Position numbers and translations under genes: made by a program
Part shown: positions 55,965 to 61,684 of the stretch, piece after piece
How the letters are laid out: every line of letters begins with the position of its first letter
How positions within the stretch are numbered: position 1 is the first letter of the stretch
Notes under the pieces: generated by a model
The model's input: the letters and a program-made list of their open reading frames with translations, nothing else
What the model was told of the DNA's origin: nothing
The model's database searches: none
Origin: Desulfocucumaceae bacterium
GTDB taxonomy: Bacteria > Bacillota > Desulfotomaculia > Desulfotomaculales > Desulfocucumaceae
DNA length: 61,684 nt
Direction: 5' to 3'
Assembly: GCA_045600185.1 (NCBI GenBank)
Contig: JAZRXK010000086.1
Location: 1-61,684, forward strand

Positions 55965-56645
55965 ATGGAAAATCCCAAAAAGAAGTTTAAACGCCATTTG
56001 CAACCATTACCGGATAACCAGCCTTTGAAACTGGATCCTTTTCAACAGAAAGCCATTGAAGCTTTATTTGCGGGGCTGGATGTTCTGGTAGCAGCTCCCA
56101 CGGGAACCGGCAAAACCCTGATTGCCGAAAGGCTTTTGCACTGGCTTATTGAATCAGGACAGGGGGCAGTTTATACTTCCCCCATAAAAGCCCTGTCCAA
56201 CCAAAAATATCGAAATTTTACGGAAGAATATGGCAAAGAAAAAGTGGGACTCATTACCGGAGATCTTTCTCTGAACGAAACCGCTCCGCTTTTGGTAATG
56301 ACAACCGAAATTTTTCGCAACTGGTGCTTTTCCAATCCGGAAATGCTGGACAAGACCAGCCATGTTATTTTTGATGAAATTCATTATCTGGACGATGCAG
56401 AAAGAGGAACTGCCTGGGAGGAAAGCATTATTTTTGCTCCTCCCCATCTTAAAATACTGGGACTTTCAGCTACTGTACCCAATATTCAGGAAATTGCTCA
56501 ATGGATTGAACATATTCGGGAACGCCCGGTACAGGTAATTATTGAAAAAAAACGAGCTGTTCCCTTACGCTTGAAATGGATTACCAACAAAGGCCGGATT
56601 TTAAACCAGGAAGAAGCCTGGAAATACATTTATTCTGACGAATAA
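55965..56645 (+). CDS. Ski2/HelY-like DEAH-box helicase, N-terminal half (RecA1 domain) as a separate ORF
   Basis: ATG 55965 lies 6 nt after AAGAGG. Motif I AAPTGTGKT, motif II FDEIHYL, motif III LSATV. It ends after RecA1. Confidence 0.75.
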   Translation: MENPKKKFKRHLQPLPDNQPLKLDPFQQKAIEALFAGLDVLVAAPTGTGKTLIAERLLHWLIESGQGAVYTSPIKALSNQKYRNFTEEYGKEKVGLITGDLSLNETAPLLVMTTEIFRNWCFSNPEMLDKTSHVIFDEIHYLDDAERGTAWEESIIFAPPHLKILGLSATVPNIQEIAQWIEHIRERPVQVIIEKKRAVPLRLKWITNKGRILNQEEAWKYIYSDE

Positions 56646-56675
56646 GATCAATAAACATAAAGTGAGGAAAACAAA

Positions 56676-58235
56676 ATGGCCAAAAGAATCGGGAAAAACT
56701 TTATATTTACAGATGAAATTGTTGCTTCAATTCAAGAGCATTTACCGGCTCTGTATTTTACTTTTGGCCGAAGCAAGACTGAACTTTTGGCTGAAGAATT
56801 AAGCCACAAATGGGATTTTCTGACACATGAGGAAAAAGAGCTGGTGGAAATGGAAATTCAAAAACTTCAGCCTCAGCTTTTCAGCCAACGCCGTCCAAAA
56901 CTGGCTCAGATGCTCAAACAGGGCATTGCCTATCACCACGCCGGTCTGCCCCCGGCCTTAAAGGTTCTGATTGAAAAATTATACGAAAAAAGACTGATTT
57001 ATGTCTTATTTTGTACGGAAACCTTTGCCGTCGGAGTAAACTTTCCGGCAGCCAGTACAGCTTTTGACGCCTGCCGCAAATGGGACGGACGGGAATTCCG
57101 CTCTTTGTACAACCGGGAATTTTTCCAAATGGCCGGTCGGGCAGGTCGCCGGGGCTTTGACGAAGCAGGTCATGTTTATATCCGAATTGATGATCGCTTT
57201 CCTGAACAAACCGGATTTTACCAGGAATCGGAGGTAGAACCGGTCAGAGGCCGTCTGATTATTTCTCCCAATACGGTCTTAAGCCTTTTACAGTGGAAAA
57301 ACGATGCGGAAATTACCCGCTATTTAGAACAAAATCTGGCAGCTTTTCAAAACAACAAAGAAAGTATTCTTTTACAGGATCAAATTAAACATTTGAACGA
57401 ACAAAAAAAGGCTCTGCCCGCTTGTTTTTGCGAGGATATTTTTCAACCCTGTTGTCAATTATTGCGTTCCAATCTCAAAAAGGAACTTTATAAGCTGAAA
57501 AAAATCCGCCGTCATTCGGCCAGATATTCAAATGCTGCCCGCCGTCGGGAGGAAATCTGCCAAATTTTACGAACCGAACCTAAACAATGTGCCTGGCAAC
57601 TCTGCCAGCAGACTCAGAAAAAACAGGAAATCATAGATAGTAAAAGAAGCCGCTTAAGCCGGAGAGTTAAAGAACTGGAACGACATTCCAGGGACTATGA
57701 AGTTGAATTCAATAATATGTGGGATCTGCTGGAAAAACTGGATTTTGTAGAAGGACGCACCCTTTTGCCCAGAGGCAAATTCGCACTGCGTCTGTATATT
57801 CAGGAAATTTTAGTCACAGAACTGCTCTTTCAGGGCTATCTGCGGGATCGACCTCCGCAGGAAGTGGTTGCAGTGCTGGCCGGAGTTGATTATATTCCCG
57901 GCCGGGAAGAATATGCCCCGGAAAGCCCCATTGAACTGGAGCATATTAAAAAACTGATTAAATTTCTGGCTCGCAATAAAGTTCCGGAAAACCTCTGCAT
58001 TTGGTCTCCATTGCCTGCTTCTCTGGCCGTGGCCTGGTATGAAGGAGCATCCTTCGACAGTTTACTGAACAGCTGCAGCCTGCAGGAAGGGGATTTATTT
58101 TCTCTGCTGCGGCGAACCATTGACCTGCTGCGGCAGATTGAACGGGCTGCCGGGGAAGATACAGTTCTTTTAAAACAAATGGAACAAATCAGATACCGTC
58201 TGGATCGGGATGAAGTAAGTATTCTGGGTCTTTAG
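56676..58235 (+). CDS. Ski2/HelY-like helicase, C-terminal half (RecA2 plus C-terminal domains) as a separate ORF
   Basis: It has its own RBS (AGTGAGGAAAACAAA ATG). Motifs IAYHHAGLPP, TETFAVGVNFPA and QMAGRAGRRG. It is in the same reading frame as the N-terminal half, separated from it by three TAA codons. Confidence 0.75.
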   Translation: MAKRIGKNFIFTDEIVASIQEHLPALYFTFGRSKTELLAEELSHKWDFLTHEEKELVEMEIQKLQPQLFSQRRPKLAQMLKQGIAYHHAGLPPALKVLIEKLYEKRLIYVLFCTETFAVGVNFPAASTAFDACRKWDGREFRSLYNREFFQMAGRAGRRGFDEAGHVYIRIDDRFPEQTGFYQESEVEPVRGRLIISPNTVLSLLQWKNDAEITRYLEQNLAAFQNNKESILLQDQIKHLNEQKKALPACFCEDIFQPCCQLLRSNLKKELYKLKKIRRHSARYSNAARRREEICQILRTEPKQCAWQLCQQTQKKQEIIDSKRSRLSRRVKELERHSRDYEVEFNNMWDLLEKLDFVEGRTLLPRGKFALRLYIQEILVTELLFQGYLRDRPPQEVVAVLAGVDYIPGREEYAPESPIELEHIKKLIKFLARNKVPENLCIWSPLPASLAVAWYEGASFDSLLNSCSLQEGDLFSLLRRTIDLLRQIERAAGEDTVLLKQMEQIRYRLDRDEVSILGL

Positions 58236-58276
58236 GACTAATTTCCCCAATAATTTCCGTGCAGCAAAAATAAGGT

Positions 58277-58305
58277 TTGCATTAAATAAATCAATATGAT
58301 AAAAT
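58277..58305 (+). promoter_or_regulatory. Sigma-A-type promoter of the lipoprotein gene
   Basis: TTGCAT - 17 nt - TAAAAT. Confidence 0.55.
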
Positions 58306-58352
58306 GCAGGTAATACTTGGCTTTGCAGAAATTTAAAATCGTAAAATAGGAG

Positions 58353-58805
58353 ATGAAATTCTTGAAAAAGAAAATCATTGTTTTAATTTCCGTTCTGACC
58401 TTGATTCTGGTTCTGGCTGCCTGCGGAAGCAGTTCGGAATCTTTTGTCGGAGAGTGGAAAGCAGCTTCCATGCAGGATGGAAAAACAACCGTATATGCTT
58501 CTGATATGGACAAGCTGGGAATGGATATAACTTTAACCATTCAGGAAGATGGAAAAGCTGCCATGTCCATAAACAAAGCAAAAGCTGAAAAAATGACCTG
58601 GACTGCCAGTGGTGATAAAGTAACCTTAACTTCTGATGGAGAATCAGTAGATTTTATTTACAAAGATAATCTGTTAACCGGCACAATGGACGATGCCAGC
58701 CTGAGCTTCGCCAAAAGCGATTCCAGGGAATATAAAGATGCTCTGGCCAAGCCCAGTGTTCTTGATGATTTAGGCAACCCCAGGAAAGACAAAAAAGCTG
58801 AATAA
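58353..58805 (+). CDS. Lipoprotein (about 147-150 aa)
   Basis: Lipobox LVLAACGSS. A TTG at 58362, 9 nt after AGGAG, is a better-spaced alternative start. Confidence 0.7.
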   Translation: MKFLKKKIIVLISVLTLILVLAACGSSSESFVGEWKAASMQDGKTTVYASDMDKLGMDITLTIQEDGKAAMSINKAKAEKMTWTASGDKVTLTSDGESVDFIYKDNLLTGTMDDASLSFAKSDSREYKDALAKPSVLDDLGNPRKDKKAE

Positions 58806-58830
58806 TTGGGGCATAACCCATTACCCGTTT

Positions 58831-58870
58831 CTTAATGTTAACCATCTCTTAGATGGACATTAAGGTTTTT
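58831..58870 (+). terminator. Rho-independent terminator of the lipoprotein gene
   Basis: CTTAATGT..CCATCT ctt AGATGG..ACATTAAG followed by GTTTTT. Confidence 0.65.
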
Positions 58871-58888
58871 ACAAAATATAATCAAAAC

Positions 58889-58977
58889 AATTAACTTGTT
58901 CTGTACTTAAATCTGCAAATACCATTTGGTGAACCAATGCAACTAATAGAAAAGACTGGAATAATTCCAGTCTTTTT
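58889..58977 (+). ncRNA. Candidate small RNA (about 90 nt) defined by an orphan promoter and terminator
   Basis: TGGACA - 17 nt - TATAAT at 58854-58882. The terminator is AAAGACTGGAA taa TTCCAGTCTTT plus a T-run at 58951-58977. There is no ORF longer than 4 codons, and an internal hairpin CCATTTGG tgaa CCAATG. Confidence 0.3.
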
Positions 58978-59106
58978 CTATCGAGTGAACTCGTCGGCAA
59001 TTGAATTTTCGAGGAATCCTGCTCTATAATCCTAAAAAATCAAAAATCAGGAACAAACAATATTAACCTGTAAAACTGGAATAATTCATTTGCTCCAGCT
59101 TTTTTG

Positions 59107-59135
59107 TTGACGAGATTCTTCATTTATGCTAAGTT
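59107..59135 (+). promoter_or_regulatory. Candidate sigma-A promoter
   Basis: TTGACG - 17 nt - TAAGTT, 29 nt upstream of ATG 59164. Confidence 0.4.
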
Positions 59136-59163
59136 AGAATTAACTTGACCCAAAGGAGGAAAA

Positions 59164-60087
59164 ATGTTTAAGAAATTATTTTTAATAACTTTGTTGGCTA
59201 TGGGACTTTTGAGCGGCTGCCAAAGTCAAATGACCGGAGAATTTATTCATGAAAATCAAAATTCACGCCTGATTCTTAAAGACGGCCAACACATAGAAGC
59301 AGATAATGAACACATTAAAACCCAGGGTGTTTTTCATAATATTCTGGAGCAGCAGCCAAACTCTTCAGCTTATGCAGTTAATGATTATCATGCTCAGTTC
59401 AGGCTGGTTCAAAATCAACAGGGAATTTATCCAGATCCGTTCATCAACACGGATTTCCTGATTATTTTACCTGAAAACCTGATCTACCGTTTGACCTCGT
59501 TGGAATCTGATGAACAATACACCATTGCTGCCACTGAATCCAAGACTTTGATTAGCTGGACAATGTATCTTGCCCCTGAAAATACTTCTCAATCTGAAAA
59601 TACTTCTCAAAAAGATAAAGACTCCAAAAAGAAACAAAACAAACTGGGAAAACAGCTTTATTATAATGCTGTTGCTGCTTCTCAGCCCAAGCCAAATTTA
59701 TCTGTAAGTCCAATAAAAGCTGAGCAATATTTGCTTACCTTAACTTTGCCGGGAACTTATCGAAAGGAAGGCAGTTTTTATACCAGTGACAATGGAGACT
59801 TTTACACCTTTGTGCAGTGGGGAAGCTCTGACAATGGCGGCTTTAAAGGCATCTATTACCGGCAGGGTGAGAAAAGTATTTTGCAGTTAACTTCAATCAC
59901 CGAATCTGATTATAGTGGAAAATTACCTGCTGTTTTGTACAATGAAGCAACTACAGATTATTTTGAAGTGGATACAAGTCAAAAAACTTTGGATCTTCCG
60001 GTCATCTTAACTCGCAATAAAGATTATTTAAGTGTCAAGGGTTATTCTGTTGGGGAAAACTACCGTATGAACTACAGCAAAAGCTAA
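59164..60087 (+). CDS. Lipoprotein (307 aa), function unknown
   Basis: Lipobox LLSGCQS. AAAGGAGG RBS. Contains an 18-nt tandem repeat encoding ENTSQS x2. Confidence 0.7.
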   Translation: MFKKLFLITLLAMGLLSGCQSQMTGEFIHENQNSRLILKDGQHIEADNEHIKTQGVFHNILEQQPNSSAYAVNDYHAQFRLVQNQQGIYPDPFINTDFLIILPENLIYRLTSLESDEQYTIAATESKTLISWTMYLAPENTSQSENTSQKDKDSKKKQNKLGKQLYYNAVAASQPKPNLSVSPIKAEQYLLTLTLPGTYRKEGSFYTSDNGDFYTFVQWGSSDNGGFKGIYYRQGEKSILQLTSITESDYSGKLPAVLYNEATTDYFEVDTSQKTLDLPVILTRNKDYLSVKGYSVGENYRMNYSKS

Positions 60088-60097
60088 TTAAAAAAAC

Positions 60098-60131
60098 GAC
60101 CATATCAGAGATCTATTGCTCCGATATGGTC
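60098..60131. terminator. Bidirectional terminator hairpin between convergent genes
   Basis: GACCATATC ... GATATGGTC 9-bp stem with a 16-nt loop, preceded by an A-run and followed by ATTTATT. Confidence 0.45.
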
Positions 60132-60168
60132 ATTTATTCTCCGGAATAAGCTGTAAGCTTTCATAATT

Positions 60169-61101
60169 TTAATATAAAATTCTACAGTCTGATAAAGCAG
60201 CCTGCAAAGCATCTATTTGCCCCTGACTCAAACCGGAATTGCCGTCCAAAGACAATTCGGTTAAGTTGCTTAATCCGCTCAGGCTGTCCAAATTCGTCAG
60301 TTTATTGCTGCCCAAATCCAGCACTTTCAGGTTCACCAGACCTGTTAAAGGAGTTAAATCACTAATTTGATTGTCGTATAAGTATAAATCAGTTAAATTG
60401 GTTAAATCAGCTAGGAAATCCACCGCAGTCAAATTATTTTCAAATAAGTACAGTTCGGTTAAATTGGGTAAGTCTGCTAAAAAATCATAGTTTGTCGGTT
60501 GAGTATCACCCAAAACAAGACAGGTTAAATTCGGCAAACTGCTCAAAACGGAAAAATCAGCAATTTTGTTTTGCCCCAGATTCAAATAGGTTAAAGCTGT
60601 TAAATTTTTCAGAGCCTTAATATCCTGAACATAATTATTTTTAAGATTCAGGCTGGTTAGATTCTTTAAATCAGCCAGAAAGCCTGGATCTTCCAGACCA
60701 GTATTCTCCAGGTTTAATTCGCTTAAACTGGTCATTTTGGCCAAAACAGCCCAGCTTTCTTCGTCCATATATTGACAGTTACTTAAATTCAGTTTGGTAA
60801 GATTCTTCATTTTCAACAAAGGAGTTAAATCGCTGACCTGATTATTGCTTAAATCCAGGTATTGCAAATAAGTACATTGTTCGATTCCTGAAAGATCCTT
60901 GACCTTTTTCCCGGATAAATGGGCTTCAGTTGCATTAAAAGCGATGCTCTGATGACCTATGATAATTTCTTTGTCTTGTCCCAGATCAAAGTTACAGCTT
61001 TTCAAGGCCACTAGAACAAGCAGAAACAAAACAGCCAGAATTATCCAGAATAAAAAGCCATGATAAAAAGGTTCTTTAGATTCTTTGGGTTCTTCAGTCA
61101 T
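60169..61101 (-). CDS. Membrane-anchored leucine-rich-repeat (internalin-like LRR) protein
   Basis: 310 aa with an N-terminal TM segment (FLFWIILAVLFLLVLVAL), followed by about 10 repeats of 22 aa: LxxLxxLxLxxNxIxDIxxLxx. Confidence 0.85.
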   Translation of the reverse strand: MTEEPKESKEPFYHGFLFWIILAVLFLLVLVALKSCNFDLGQDKEIIIGHQSIAFNATEAHLSGKKVKDLSGIEQCTYLQYLDLSNNQVSDLTPLLKMKNLTKLNLSNCQYMDEESWAVLAKMTSLSELNLENTGLEDPGFLADLKNLTSLNLKNNYVQDIKALKNLTALTYLNLGQNKIADFSVLSSLPNLTCLVLGDTQPTNYDFLADLPNLTELYLFENNLTAVDFLADLTNLTDLYLYDNQISDLTPLTGLVNLKVLDLGSNKLTNLDSLSGLSNLTELSLDGNSGLSQGQIDALQAALSDCRILY

Positions 61102-61162
61102 TTCCTCACCTCATGTCAGATTGTATTTTGCTTTGCTGCTGTTAGTTTTATTCTCCTTTTCA

Positions 61163-61322
61163 CCCGTGAACTACTCCGACTTACAGAAGTCGGAGCTTCC
61201 TGCTTCAAGCACTACTGCCTGGCTAACATAATCGTTAGCTCAAGTCTTACACTCTTACACAATGTCCACAGGCGTATGAGTTTGGGCTATTCCATCCCTA
61301 CTGTATATTTAGTTTTAGGCTA
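61163..61322 (-). promoter_or_regulatory. Structured element in the long 5' leader of the LRR gene (copy B, related to 30285-30421)
   Basis: On the minus strand it begins TAGCCTAAAA. It contains GCTAAC gattat GTTAGC, GCTT gaagcagg AAGC and CTCCGACTT ctgt AAGTCGGAG hairpins, and ends GTAGTTCACGG. Blocks TAGCCTAAA, TGCTTGA..GAAGC.TCCG and GTA.TTCAC.G are shared with the atpE leader. Confidence 0.35.
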
Positions 61323-61378
61323 CTTCAGTATGATTATAACACTTCCACCTGGACGCAATAAATTTTCAGGTCAGCTTA

Positions 61379-61407
61379 ATTTTAGCTTAATCCAGTGAAA
61401 ATGTCAA
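61379..61407 (-). promoter_or_regulatory. Sigma-A-type promoter of the LRR gene
   Basis: Minus strand TTGACA - 17 nt - TAAAAT, giving a leader of about 270 nt. A second TGTTATAAT extended -10 box lies at 61333-61341. Confidence 0.55.
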
Positions 61408-61544
61408 TTAAACCGCTGAAGAAAGATATTTTTTATGTTGGTTTGCCGATGATGCGTTATGAACTTATTGGGAAGAGAGCTTGTCAAGGGTGAAAAAAAA
61501 TTGAAAAAAAATTTGATTTTGCAGGAAAAGTGTGCTATGCTTGG

Positions 61545-61556
61545 TATATATATATA
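61545..61556. repeat. (TA)6 microsatellite
   Basis: tatatatatata seen directly, flanked by A8 tracts at 61493-61519. Confidence 0.8.
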
Positions 61557-61684
61557 TTAGCGGGGATGGTTCTGCTTTTTTCGTCTGCAAGAGGCTGAAA
61601 AATGGAAGGTTCCTGAGGATATGCAATAAATTAGCTGATATGGGTGATAATGGATGATAAAGCAAATAGTATATAGATCAATCA

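Noticed and set aside
61465-61665. 66-aa minus-strand ORF at the right edge
   Set aside because: The translation is low-complexity and spans poly-A/T tracts and the TA microsatellite. There is no RBS.

Overview
61.7-kb chromosomal window from a low-GC, endospore-forming Firmicute. The Clostridia-like assignment is inferred from spoIID, spoIVB, YjcZ-type mini-proteins and gene order. The left third (about 209-20826, all minus strand) is a tightly packed, apparently intact phage-derived head plus contractile-tail structural module: small and large terminase, portal, XkdF-like protease/scaffold, major capsid, connectors, sheath, tube, frameshifted chaperone, a very short tape-measure candidate, a Mu/PBSX-like baseplate and tail fibres. 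No integrase, repressor, replication or lysis gene is visible in the window. The module abuts the terminator of a housekeeping aminotransferase on the right and the start of an IS200/IS605-type tnpB at the left window edge. The rest is core genome: aminotransferase, M16 peptidase, a complete F1Fo ATP synthase operon (atpZ-B-E-F-H-A-G-D-C) with an unusual atpE neighbourhood, wecB, a wall protein with copper-amine-oxidase-N repeats, two Cys-rich YjcZ-like mini-proteins absent from the ORF track, spoIID, spoIVB, and rpsT with a duplicated promoter/RBS. It continues with a GT4 glycosyltransferase, htpG, an 8-gene minus-strand operon (HD protein, radical SAM, mutS, ASKHA/hydantoinase-like, HDAC-like, mutL, methyltransferase, miaA), a large membrane protein, an FAH-family enzyme, a Ski2-like helicase split into two in-frame ORFs, lipoproteins and an LRR protein. 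No rRNA, tRNA or CRISPR array was recognised. All calls come from reading translations, motifs and hairpins by eye; no database search or folding program was run, so family names are hypotheses to confirm with HMM searches.
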